A DNA stretch of 64,000 nt from Lingula anatina (lineage: Eukaryota > Animalia > Brachiopoda), in the NCBI GenBank assembly GCA_051362555.1, contig CM120644.1:2178954-2242953 (forward strand), in the 5' to 3' direction. Made by a program: the position numbers and the translations under genes. Below the pieces are notes generated by a model. That model was not told the DNA's origin and did no database searches. It saw only the letters and a list, made by a program, of their open reading frames with translations. How positions within the stretch are numbered: position 1 is the stretch's first letter; each line of letters begins with the position of its first letter. Positions 42,701-57,700 of this stretch are shown here, piece by piece.

Positions 42701-45700
42701 GAAAACTACAGGTGGAGGTGATACCTCTGACTCTTCTACAACTACGTCTACTGTGAAAACTACAGGTGAATTTGATACCTCTGCCCCTACAACAACGACG
42801 TCTACTGTGAAAACTACAGGTGAAGGTGATACCTCTGCCCTTACAACAACGACGTCTACTGTGAAAACTACAGGTGAAGGTGATACCTCTGCCCCTACAA
42901 CAATGACGTCTTTTACTACTGTACAAACTACAGGTGAAGGAGATACCTCTGCCCCAACAACAACGACGTCTGTTACTACTGTACAAACTACATGTGAAGG
43001 TGAAACCTCTGCCTCTATAACAACGACGTCTACTGTACAAACTACAGGTGAAGGTGATACTTCTGCCCCTACAACAACGACGTCTACTGTGAAAACTACA
43101 GGTGAAGGTGATACCTCTGCCCCTACAACAACGACGTCTACTGTTAAAACTACAGGTGAAGGTGATACCTCTGCCCCTACAACAACGACATCCACTGTGA
43201 AAACTACAGGTGAAGGTGATACCTCTGCCCCTACAACAACGACGTCTACTGTACAAACTTCAGGTGAAGGTGATACCTCTGCCCCTACAACAATGACGTC
43301 TACTGTAAAAACTACAGGTGAAGGTGATACCTCTGCCCCTACAACAACGACGTCTGTTACTACTGTACAAACTACAGGTGAAAGTGATACCTCTGCCTCT
43401 ACAACAACGACGTCTACTGTACAAACTACAGGTGAAGGTGATACGTCTGCCCCTACAACAACGACGTCTACTGTGAAAACTACAGGTGAAGGTGATACCT
43501 CTGCCCCTACAACAACGACATCTACTGTACAAACTACAGGTGAAGGTAATACGTTTGCCCCTACAACAACGACGTCTACTGTAAAAACTACAGGTGAAGG
43601 TGATACCTCTACCCCTACAACAACGACGTCTACTGTACAAACTACAGGTGAAGGTGATACCTCTGCCCCTACAACAACGACGTCTACTGTGAAAACTACA
43701 GGTGAAGGTGATACCTCTGCCCCTACAACAACGACGTCTACTGTGAAAACTACAGGTGGAGGTGATACCTCTGCCTCTTCTACAACTACGTCTACTGTAC
43801 AAACTACTGGTGAAGGTGATACCTCAGCCACTACAACAACGACGTCTTCTGTAAAAACTACAGGTGAAGGTTATACCTCAGCCCCTACAACAACGACGTC
43901 TTCTGTAAAAACTACAGGTGAAGGTGATACCTCTGCCCCCACAACAACAACGTCTACTGTAAAAACTACAGGTGAAGGTGAAACCTCTGCCCCTACAACA
44001 ACGACGTCTACTGTACAAACTACAGGTGAAGGTTATACCTCAGCCCCTACAACAACGACGTCTTCTGTAAAAACTACAGGTGAAGGTGATACCTCTGCCC
44101 CCACAACAACAACGTCTACTGTACAAACTACAGGTGAAGGTGATACCTCTGCCCCTACAACAACGACATCTACTGTAAAAACTACAGGTGAAGGTGATAC
44201 CTCTACCCCTACAACAACGACGTCTACTGTACAAACTACAGGTGAAGGTGATACCTCTTCCCCTACAACAACGACGTCTACTGTGAAAACTACAGGTGAA
44301 GGTGATACCTCTGACCCTACAACAACAACGTCTCCTGTACAAACTACAGGTGAAGGTGATACCTCTGCCCCTACAACAACGACGTCTGTTACTACTGTAC
44401 AAACTACAGGTGAAGGTGAGACCTCTGCCCCTACAACAACGACATCTACTGTAAAAACTACAGGTGAAGGTGATACCTCTACCCCTACAACAACAACGTC
44501 TACTGTAAAAACTAAAGGTGAAGGTGATACCTCTACCCCTACAACAACGACGTCTACTGTAAAAACTAAAGGTGAAGGTGATACCTCTTCCCCTACAACA
44601 ACGACGTCTACTGTGAAAACTACAGGTGAAGGTGATACCTCTGCCCCTACAACAACAACGTCTACTGTACAAACTACAGGTGAAGGTGATACCTCTGCCC
44701 CTACAACAACGACGTCTACTGTGAAAACTACAGGTGAAGGTGATACCTCTGCCCCTACAACAATGACGTCTACTGTTAAAACTACAGGTGAAGGTGATAC
44801 CTCTGCCCCTACAACAACGACTTCTACTGTGAAAACTACAGGTGAAGGTGATACCTCTGCCCCTACAACAACGACGTCTACTGTGAAAACTACAGGTGAA
44901 GGTGATACCTCTGCCCCTACAACAACGACGTCTATTGTGAAAACTACAGGTGAAGGTGATACCTCTGCCCCTACAACAACGACATCCACTGTGAAAACTA
45001 CAGGTGAAGTTGATACGTCTGCCCCTACAACAACGACGTCTACTGTAAAAACTACAGGTGAAGGTGATACCTCTGCCCCCACAACAACAACGTCTACTGT
45101 AAAAACTACAGGTGAAGGTGAAACATCTGTCCCTACAACGACAACGTCTACTGTACAAACTACAGGTGAAGGCGATACCTCTGCCCCCACAACAACAACG
45201 TCTGTTACTACTGTACAAACTACAGGTGAAGGTGATACCTCTGCCCCTACAACAATGACATCTACTGTAAAAACTACAGGTGAAGGTGATACCTCTACCC
45301 CTACAACAACGACGTCTACTGTACAAACTACAGGTGAAGGTGATACCTCTGCCCCAACAACAACGACGTCTGTTACTACTGTTCAAACTACAGGTGAAGG
45401 TGATACCTCTGCCCCTACAACAACGACATCTACTGTAAAAACTACAGGTGAAGGTGATACCTCTACCCCTACAACAACGACGTCTACTGTACAAACTACA
45501 GGTGAAGGTGATACCTCTGCCCCTACAACAACGACGTCTACTGTGAAAACTACAGGTGAAGGTGATACCTCTGACCCTACAACAACAACGTCTACTGTAC
45601 AAACTACAGGTGAAGGTGATACCTCTGCCCCTACAACAACGACGTCTGTTACTACTGTACAAACTACAGGTGAAGGTGATACCTCTGCCCCTACAACAAC

Positions 45701-48700
45701 GACATCTACTGTACAAACTACAGGTGAAGGTGATACCTCTGCCCCTACAACAACAACGTCTACTGTACAAACTACAGGTGAAGGTGATACCTCTGCCCCT
45801 ACAACAACGACATCTACTGTAAAAACTACAGGTGAAGGTGATACCTCTACCCCTACAACAACAACGTCTACTGTACAAACTACAGGTGAAGGTGATACCT
45901 CTGCCCCTACAACAACGACGTCCACTGTGAAAACTACAGGTGAAGGTGATACCTCTGCCCCTACAACAACGACGTCTACTGTGAAAACTACAGGTGAAGG
46001 TGATACCTCTGACTCTTCTACAACTACGTCTACTGTACAAACTACAGGTGAAGGTGATACCTCTGACTCTTCTACAACTACGTCTACTGTACAAACTACA
46101 GGTGAAGGTGATACCTCAGCCCCTACAACAACGACGTCTTCTGTAAAAACTACAGGTGAAGGTTATACCTCAGCCCCTACAAGAACGACGTCTTCTGTAA
46201 AAACTACAGGCGAAGGTGATACCTCTGCCCCCACAACATCAACGTCTACTGTAAAAACTACAGGTGAAGGTGAAACCTCTGCCCCTACAACAACGACGTC
46301 TACTGTACAAACTACAGGTGAAGGTGATACCTCTGCCCCAACAACAACGACGTCTACTGTGAAAACTACTGGTGAAGGTGATACCTCTACCCCTACAACA
46401 ACGACGTCTACTGTGAAAACTACAGGTGAAGGTGATACCTCTGCCCCAACAACAACGACGTCTGTTACTACTGTTCAAACTACAGGTGAAGGTGATACCT
46501 CTGCCCCTACAACAACGACATCTACTGTAAAAACTACAGGTGAAGGTGATACCTCTACCCCTACAACAACGACGTCTACTGTGAAAACTACAGGTGAAGG
46601 TGATACCTCTGACCCTACAACAACAACGTCTACTGTACAAACTACAGGTGAAGGTGATACCTCTGCCCCTACAACAACGACGTCTGTTACTACTGTACAA
46701 ACTACAGGTGAAGGTGATACCTCTGCCCCTACAACAACGACATCTACTGTACAAACTACAGGTGAAGGTGATACCTCTGCCCCTACAACAACAACGTCTA
46801 CTGTACAAACTACAGGTGAAGGTGATACCTCTGCCCCTACAACAACGACATCTACTGTAAAAACTACAGGTGAAGGTGATACCTCTACCCCTACAACAAC
46901 AACGTCTACTGTACAAACTACAGGTGAAGGTGATACCTCTGCCCCTACAACAACGACGTCTACTGTGAAAACTACAGGTGAAGGTGATACCTCTGACTCT
47001 TCTACAACTACGTCTACTGTACAAACTACAGGTGAAGGTGATACCTCTGACTCTTCTACAACTACGTCTACTGTACAAACTACAGGTGAAGGTGATACCT
47101 CAGCCCCTACAACAACGACGTCTTCTGTAAAAACTACAGGTGAAGGTTATACCTCAGCCCCTACAAGAACGACGTCTTCTGTAAAAACTACAGGCGAAGG
47201 TGATACCTCTGCCCCCACAACATCAACGTCTACTGTAAAAACTACAGGTGAAGGTGAAACCTCTGCCCCTACAACAACGACGTCTACTGTACAAACTACA
47301 GGTGAAGGTGATACCTCTGCCCCAACAACAACGACGTCTGTTACTACTGTACAAACTACAGGTGAAGGTGATACCTCTGCCCCTACAACAACGACATCTA
47401 CTGTAAAAACTACAGGTGAAGGTGATACCTCTACCCCTACAACAACGACGTCTACTGTACAAACTACAGGTGAAGGTGATACCTCTGCCCCTACAACAAC
47501 GACGTCTACTGTGAAAACTACAGGTGAAGGTGATACCTCTGCCCCTACAACAACGACGTCTACTGTGAAAACTACTGGTGAAGGTGATACCTCTGACCCT
47601 ACAACAACAACGTCTACTGTACAAACTACAGGTGAAGGTGATACCTCTGCCCCTACAACAACGACGTCTGTTACTACTGTACAAACTACAGGTGAAGGTG
47701 ATACCTCTGCCCCTACAACAACGACATCTACTGTACAAACTACAGGTGAAGGTGATACCTCTGCCACTACAACAACAACGTCTACTGTACAAACTACAGG
47801 TGAAGGTGATACCTCTGCCCCTACAACAACGACATCTACTGTAAAAACTACAGGTGAAGGTGATACCTCTACCCCTACAACAACAACGTCTACTGTACAA
47901 ACTACAGGTGAAGGTGATACCTCTGCCCCTACAACAACGACGTCTACTGTGAAAACTACAGGTGAAGGTGATACCTCTGCCCCTACAACAACGACGTCTG
48001 TTAATACTGTACAAACTACAGGTGAAGGTGATACCTCTGCCCCTACAACAACGACGTCTACTGTAAAAACTACAGGTGAAGGTGATACCTCTACCCCTAC
48101 AACAACAACGTCTACTGTACAAACTACAGGTGAAGGTGATACCTCTGCCCCTACAACAACGACGTCTACTGTGAAAACTACAGGTGAAGGTGATACCTCT
48201 GCCCCTACAACAACGACGTCTGTTAATACTGTACAAACTACAGGTGAAGGTGATACCTCTACCCCTACAACAACAACGTCTACTGTACAAACTACAGGTG
48301 AAGGTGATACCTCTGCCCCTACAACAACGACGTCTACTGTGAAAACTACAGGTGAAGGTGATACCTCTGCCCCTACAACAACAACGTCTACTGTACAAAC
48401 TACAGGTGAAGGTGATACCTCTGCCCCTACAACAACGACGTCTACTGTGAAAACTACAGGTGAAGGTGATACCACTGCCCCTACAACAATGACGTCTACT
48501 GTTAAAACTACAGGTGAAGGTGATACCTCTGCCCCTACAACAACGACTTCTACTGTGAAAACTACAGGTGAAGGTGATACCTCTGCCCCTACAACAACGA
48601 CGTCTACTGTGAAAACTACAGGTGAAGGTGATACCTCAGCCCCTACAACGACGACGTCTACTGTAAAAACTACAGGTGAAGGTGATACTTCTGCCCCTAC

Positions 48701-51700
48701 AACAACGACGTCTACTGTGAAAACTACAGGTGGAGGTGATACCTCTGCCTCTTCTACAACTACGTTTACTGTACAAACTACAGGTGAAGGTGATACCTCT
48801 GCCCCTACAACAACGACGTCTACTGTGAAAACTACAGGTGAAGGTGATACCTCTGCCCCTACAACAACGACTTCTACTGTAAAAACTACAGGTGAAGGTG
48901 ATACTTCTGCCCCTACAACAATGACGTCTACTGTGAAAACTACAGGTGGAGGTGATACCTCTGCCTCTTCTACAACGACGTCTACTGTACAAACTACAGG
49001 TGAAGGTGATACCTCTGCCCCTACAACAACGACGTCTACTGTGAAAACTACAGGTGAAGGTGATACCTCTGCCCCTCCAACAACGACGTCTACTGTGAAA
49101 ACTACAGGTGAAGGTGATACCTCTGCCCCTAAAACAACGACTTCTACTGTAAAAACTACAGGTGAAGGTGATACTTCTGCCCCTACAACAACGACGTCTA
49201 CTGTGAAAACTACAGGTGGAGGTGATACCTCTGCCTCTTCTACAACTACGTTTACTGTACAAACTACAGGTGAAGGTGATACCTCAGCCCCTACAACATC
49301 AACGTCTACTGTAAAAACTACAGGTGAAGGTGAAACCTCTGCCCCTACAACAACGACGTCTACTGTACAAACTACAGGTGAAGGTGATACCTCTGCCCCA
49401 ACAACAACGACGTCTGTTACTACTGTACAAACTACAGGTGAAGGTGATACCTCTGCCCCTACAACAACGACATCTACTGTAAAAACTACAGGTGAAGGTG
49501 ATACCTCTGCCCCTACAACAACGACTTCTACTGTAAAAACTACAGGTGAAGGTGATACTTCTGCCCCTACAACAACGACGTCTTCTGTAAAAACTACAGG
49601 TGAAGGTTATACCTCAGCCCCTACAACAACGACGTCTTCTGTAAAAACTACAGGCGAAGGTGATACCTCTGCCCCCACAACATCAACGTCTACTGTAAAA
49701 ACTACAGGTGAAGGTGAAACCTCTGCCCCTACAACAACGACGTCTACTGTACAAACTACAGGTGAAGGTGATACCTCTGCCCCAACAACAACGACGTCTG
49801 TTACTACTGTACAAACTACAGGTGAAGGTGATACCTCTGCCCCTACAACAACGACATCTACTGTAAAAACTACAGGTGAAGGTGATACCTCTACCCCTAC
49901 AACAACGACGTCTACTGTACAAACTACAGGTGAAGGTGATACCTCTGCCCCTACAACAACGACGTCTACTGTGAAAACTACAGGTGAAGGTGATACCTCT
50001 GCCCCTACAACAACGACGTCTACTGTGAAAACTACAGGTGAAGGTGATACCTCTGCCCTTACAACAACGACGTCTGTTACTACTGTTCAAACTACAGGTG
50101 AAGGTGATACCTCTGCCCCTACAACAACGACATCTACTGTAAAAACTACAGGTGAAGGTGATACCTCTACCCCTACAACAACGACGTCTACTGTACAAAC
50201 TACAGGTGAAGGTGATACCTCTTCCCCTACAACAACGACGTCTACTGTGAAAACTACAGGTGAAGGTGATACCTCTGACCCTACAACAACAACGTCTACT
50301 GTACAAACTACAGGTGAAGGTGATACCTCTGCCCCTACAACAACGACGTCTGTTACTACTGTACAAACTACAGGTGAAGGTGATACCTCTGCCCCTACAA
50401 CAACGACATCTACTGTAAAAACTACAGGTGAAGGTGATACCTCTACCCCTACAACAACAACGTCTACTGTACAAACTACAGGTGAAGGTGATACCTCTGC
50501 CCCTACAACAACGACGTCTACTGTGAAAACTACAGGTGAAGGTGATACCTCTGCCCCTACAACAACAACGTCTACTGTACAAACTACAGGTGAAGGTGAT
50601 ACCTCTGCCCCTACAACAACGACGTCTACTGTGAAAACTACAGGTGAAGGTGATACCTCTGCCCCTACAACAATGACGTCTACTGTTAAAACTACAGGTG
50701 AAGGTGATACCTCTGCCCCTACAACAACGACTTCTACTGTGAAAACTACAGGTGAAGGTGATACCTCTGCCCCTACAACAACGACGTCTACTGTGAAAAC
50801 TACAGGTGAAGGTGATACCTCAGCCCCTACAACGACGACGTCTACTGTAAAAACTACAGGTGAAGGTGATACTTCTGCCCCTACAACAACGACGTCTACT
50901 GTGAAAACTACAGGTGGAGGTGATACCTCTGCCTCTTCTACAACTACGTTTACTGTACAAACTACAGGTGAAGGTGATACCTCTGCCCCTACAACAACGA
51001 CGTCTACTGTGAAAACTACAGGTGAAGGTGATACCTCTGACCCTACAACAACGACGTCTACTGTGAAAACTACAGGTGAAGGTGATACCTCTGCCCCTAC
51101 AACAACGACTTCTACTGTAAAAACTACAGGTGAAGGTGATACTTCTGCCCCTACAACAACGACGTCTACTGTGAAAACTACAGGTGGAGGTGATACCTCT
51201 GCCTCTTCTACAACGACGTCTACTGTACAAACTACAGGTGAAGGTGATACCTCTGCCCCTACAACAACGACGTCTACTGTGAAAACTACAGGTGAAGGTG
51301 ATACCTCTGCCCCTCCAACAACGACGTCTACTGTGAAAACTACAGGTGAAGGTGATACCTCTGCCCCTACAACAACGACTTCTACTGTAAAAACTACAGG
51401 TGAAGGTGATACTTCTGCCCCTACAACAACGACGTCTACTGTGAAAACTACAGGTGGAGGTGATACCTCTGCCTCTTCTACAACTACGTTTACTGTACAA
51501 ACTACAGGTGGAGGTGATACCTCAGCCCCTACAACATCAACGTCTACTGTAAAAACTACAGGTGAAGGTGAAACCTCTGCCCCTACAACAACGACGTCTA
51601 CTGTACAAACTACAGGTGAAGGTGATACCTCTGCCCCAACAACAACGACGTCTGTTACTACTGTACAAACTACAGGTGAAGGTGATACCTCTGCCCCTAC

Positions 51701-54700
51701 AACAACGACATCTACTGTAAAAACTACAGGTGAAGGTGATACCTCTGCCCCTACAACAACGACTTCTACTGTAAAAACTACAGGTGAAGGTGATACTTCT
51801 GCCCCTACAACAACGACGTCTTCTGTAAAAACTACAGGTGAAGGTTATACCTCAGCCCCTACAACAACGACGTCTTCTGTAAAAACTACAGGTGAAGGTG
51901 ATACCTCTGCCCCTACAACAACGACATCCACTGTGAAAACTACAGGTGAAGTTGATACGTCTGCCCCTACAACAACGACGTCTACTGTAAAAACTACAGG
52001 TGAAGGTGATACCTCTGCCCCCACAACAACAACGTCTACTGTAAAAACTACAGGTGAAGGTGAAACATCTGTCCCTACAACGACAACGTCTACTGTACAA
52101 ACTACAGGTGAAGGCGATACCTCTGCCCCCACAACAACAACGTCTGTTACTACTGTACAAACTACAGGTGAAGGTGATACCTCTGCCCCTACAACAATGA
52201 CATCTACTGTAAAAACTACAGGTGAAGGTGATACCTCTACCCCTACAACAACGACGTCTACTGTACAAACTACAGGTGAAGGTGATACCTCTGCCCCAAC
52301 AACAACGACGTCTGTTACTACTGTTCAAACTACAGGTGAAGGTGATACCTCTGCCCCTACAACAACGACATCTACTGTAAAAACTACAGGTGAAGGTGAT
52401 ACCTCTACCCCTACAACAACGACGTCTACTGTACAAACTACAGGTGAAGGTGATACCTCTGCCCCTACAACAACGACGTCTACTGTGAAAACTACAGGTG
52501 AAGGTGATACCTCTGACCCTACAACAACAACGTCTACTGTACAAACTACAGGTGAAGGTGATACCTCTGCCCCTACAACAACGACGTCTGTTACTACTGT
52601 ACAAACTACAGGTGAAGGTGATACCTCTGCCCCTACAACAACGACATCTACTGTACAAACTACAGGTGAAGGTGATACCTCTGCCCCTACAACAACAACG
52701 TCTACTGTACAAACTACAGGTGAAGGTGATACCTCTGCCCCTACAACAACGACATCTACTGTAAAAACTACAGGTGAAGGTGATACCTCTACCCCTACAA
52801 CAACAACGTCTACTGTACAAACTACAGGTGAAGGTGATACCTCTGCCCCTACAACAACGACGTCCACTGTGAAAACTACAGGTGAAGGTGATACCTCTGC
52901 CCCTACAACAACGACGTCTACTGTGAAAACTACAGGTGAAGGTGATACCTCTGACTCTTCTACAACTACGTCTACTGTACAAACTACAGGTGAAGGTGAT
53001 ACCTCTGACTCTTCTACAACTACGTCTACTGTACAAACTACAGGTGAAGGTGATACCTCAGCCCCTACAACAACGACGTCTTCTGTAAAAACTACAGGTG
53101 AAGGTTATACCTCAGCCCCTACAAGAACGACGTCTTCTGTAAAAACTACAGGCGAAGGTGATACCTCTGCCCCCACAACATCAACGTCTACTGTAAAAAC
53201 TACAGGTGAAGGTGAAACCTCTGCCCCTACAACAACGACGTCTACTGTACAAACTACAGGTGAAGGTGATACCTCTGCCCCAACAACAACGACGTCTACT
53301 GTGAAAACTACTGGTGAAGGTGATACCTCTACCCCTACAACAACGACGTCTACTGTGAAAACTACAGGTGAAGGTGATACCTCTGCCCCAACAACAACGA
53401 CGTCTGTTACTACTGTTCAAACTACAGGTGAAGGTGATACCTCTGCCCCTACAACAACGACATCTACTGTAAAAACTACAGGTGAAGGTGATACCTCTAC
53501 CCCTACAACAACGACGTCTACTGTGAAAACTACAGGTGAAGGTGATACCTCTGACCCTACAACAACAACGTCTACTGTACAAACTACAGGTGAAGGTGAT
53601 ACCTCTGCCCCTACAACAACGACGTCTGTTACTACTGTACAAACTACAGGTGAAGGTGATACCTCTGCCCCTACAACAACGACATCTACTGTACAAACTA
53701 CAGGTGAAGGTGATACCTCTGCCCCTACAACAACAACGTCTACTGTACAAACTACAGGTGAAGGTGATACCTCTGCCCCTACAACAACGACATCTACTGT
53801 AAAAACTACAGGTGAAGGTGATACCTCTACCCCTACAACAACAACGTCTACTGTACAAACTACAGGTGAAGGTGATACCTCTGCCCCTACAACAACGACG
53901 TCTACTGTGAAAACTACAGGTGAAGGTGATACCTCTGACTCTTCTACAACTACGTCTACTGTACAAACTACAGGTGAAGGTGATACCTCTGACTCTTCTA
54001 CAACTACGTCTACTGTACAAACTACAGGTGAAGGTGATACCTCAGCCCCTACAACAACGACGTCTTCTGTAAAAACTACAGGTGAAGGTTATACCTCAGC
54101 CCCTACAAGAACGACGTCTTCTGTAAAAACTACAGGCGAAGGTGATACCTCTGCCCCCACAACATCAACGTCTACTGTAAAAACTACAGGTGAAGGTGAA
54201 ACCTCTGCCCCTACAACAACGACGTCTACTGTACAAACTACAGGTGAAGGTGATACCTCTGCCCCAACAACAACGACGTCTGTTACTACTGTACAAACTA
54301 CAGGTGAAGGTGATACCTCTGCCCCTACAACAACGACATCTACTGTAAAAACTACAGGTGAAGGTGATACCTCTACCCCTACAACAACGACGTCTACTGT
54401 ACAAACTACAGGTGAAGGTGATACCTCTGCCCCTACAACAACGACGTCTACTGTGAAAACTACAGGTGAAGGTGATACCTCTGCCCCTACAACAACGACG
54501 TCTACTGTGAAAACTACTGGTGAAGGTGATACCTCTGACCCTACAACAACAACGTCTACTGTACAAACTACAGGTGAAGGTGATACCTCTGCCCCTACAA
54601 CAACGACGTCTGTTACTACTGTACAAACTACAGGTGAAGGTGATACCTCTGCCCCTACAACAACGACATCTACTGTACAAACTACAGGTGAAGGTGATAC

Positions 54701-57700
54701 CTCTGCCACTACAACAACAACGTCTACTGTACAAACTACAGGTGAAGGTGATACCTCTGCCCCTACAACAACGACATCTACTGTAAAAACTACAGGTGAA
54801 GGTGATACCTCTACCCCTACAACAACAACGTCTACTGTACAAACTACAGGTGAAGGTGATACCTCTGCCCCTACAACAACGACGTCTACTGTGAAAACTA
54901 CAGGTGAAGGTGATACCTCTGCCCCTACAACAACGACGTCTGTTAATACTGTACAAACTACAGGTGAAGGTGATACCTCTGCCCCTACAACAACGACGTC
55001 TACTGTAAAAACTACAGGTGAAGGTGATACCTCTACCCCTACAACAACAACGTCTACTGTACAAACTACAGGTGAAGGTGATACCTCTGCCCCTACAACA
55101 ACGACGTCTACTGTGAAAACTACAGGTGAAGGTGATACCTCTGCCCCTACAACAACGACGTCTGTTAATACTGTACAAACTACAGGTGAAGGTGATACCT
55201 CTACCCCTACAACAACAACGTCTACTGTACAAACTACAGGTGAAGGTGATACCTCTGCCCCTACAACAACGACGTCTACTGTGAAAACTACAGGTGAAGG
55301 TGATACCTCTGCCCCTACAACAACAACGTCTACTGTACAAACTACAGGTGAAGGTGATACCTCTGCCCCTACAACAACGACGTCTACTGTGAAAACTACA
55401 GGTGAAGGTGATACCACTGCCCCTACAACAATGACGTCTACTGTTAAAACTACAGGTGAAGGTGATACCTCTGCCCCTACAACAACGACTTCTACTGTGA
55501 AAACTACAGGTGAAGGTGATACCTCTGCCCCTACAACAACGACGTCTACTGTGAAAACTACAGGTGAAGGTGATACCTCAGCCCCTACAACGACGACGTC
55601 TACTGTAAAAACTACAGGTGAAGGTGATACTTCTGCCCCTACAACAACGACGTCTACTGTGAAAACTACAGGTGGAGGTGATACCTCTGCCTCTTCTACA
55701 ACTACGTTTACTGTACAAACTACAGGTGAAGGTGATACCTCTGCCCCTACAACAACGACGTCTACTGTGAAAACTACAGGTGAAGGTGATACCTCTGCCC
55801 CTACAACAACGACTTCTACTGTAAAAACTACAGGTGAAGGTGATACTTCTGCCCCTACAACAATGACGTCTACTGTGAAAACTACAGGTGGAGGTGATAC
55901 CTCTGCCTCTTCTACAACGACGTCTACTGTACAAACTACAGGTGAAGGTGATACCTCTGCCCCTACAACAACGACGTCTACTGTGAAAACTACAGGTGAA
56001 GGTGATACCTCTGCCCCTCCAACAACGACGTCTACTGTGAAAACTACAGGTGAAGGTGATACCTCTGCCCCTAAAACAACGACTTCTACTGTAAAAACTA
56101 CAGGTGAAGGTGATACTTCTGCCCCTACAACAACGACGTCTACTGTGAAAACTACAGGTGGAGGTGATACCTCTGCCTCTTCTACAACTACGTTTACTGT
56201 ACAAACTACAGGTGAAGGTGATACCTCAGCCCCTACAACATCAACGTCTACTGTAAAAACTACAGGTGAAGGTGAAACCTCTGCCCCTACAACAACGACG
56301 TCTACTGTACAAACTACAGGTGAAGGTGATACCTCTGCCCCAACAACAACGACGTCTGTTACTACTGTACAAACTACAGGTGAAGGTGATACCTCTGCCC
56401 CTACAACAACGACATCTACTGTAAAAACTACAGGTGAAGGTGATACCTCTGCCCCTACAACAACGACTTCTACTGTAAAAACTACAGGTGAAGGTGATAC
56501 TTCTGCCCCTACAACAACGACGTCTTCTGTAAAAACTACAGGTGAAGGTTATACCTCAGCCCCTACAACAACGACGTCTTCTGTAAAAACTACAGGCGAA
56601 GGTGATACCTCTGCCCCCACAACATCAACGTCTACTGTAAAAACTACAGGTGAAGGTGAAACCTCTGCCCCTACAACAACGACGTCTACTGTACAAACTA
56701 CAGGTGAAGGTGATACCTCTGCCCCAACAACAACGACGTCTGTTACTACTGTACAAACTACAGGTGAAGGTGATACCTCTGCCCCTACAACAACGACATC
56801 TACTGTAAAAACTACAGGTGAAGGTGATACCTCTACCCCTACAACAACGACGTCTACTGTACAAACTACAGGTGAAGGTGATACCTCTGCCCCTACAACA
56901 ACGACGTCTACTGTGAAAACTACAGGTGAAGGTGATACCTCTGCCCCTACAACAACGACGTCTACTGTGAAAACTACAGGTGAAGGTGATACCTCTGCCC
57001 TTACAACAACGACGTCTGTTACTACTGTTCAAACTACAGGTGAAGGTGATACCTCTGCCCCTACAACAACGACATCTACTGTAAAAACTACAGGTGAAGG
57101 TGATACCTCTACCCCTACAACAACGACGTCTACTGTACAAACTACAGGTGAAGGTGATACCTCTTCCCCTACAACAACGACGTCTACTGTGAAAACTACA
57201 GGTGAAGGTGATACCTCTGACCCTACAACAACAACGTCTACTGTACAAACTACAGGTGAAGGTGATACCTCTGCCCCTACAACAACGACGTCTGTTACTA
57301 CTGTACAAACTACAGGTGAAGGTGATACCTCTGCCCCTACAACAACGACATCTACTGTAAAAACTACAGGTGAAGGTGATACCTCTACCCCTACAACAAC
57401 AACGTCTACTGTACAAACTACAGGTGAAGGTGATACCTCTGCCCCTACAACAACGACGTCTACTGTGAAAACTACAGGTGAAGGTGATACCTCTGCCCCT
57501 ACAACAACAACGTCTACTGTACAAACTACAGGTGAAGGTGATACCTCTGCCCCTACAACAACGACGTCTACTGTGAAAACTACAGGTGAAGGTGATACCT
57601 CTGCCCCTACAACAATGACGTCTACTGTTAAAACTACAGGTGAAGGTGATACCTCTGCCCCTACAACAACGACTTCTACTGTGAAAACTACAGGTGAAGG

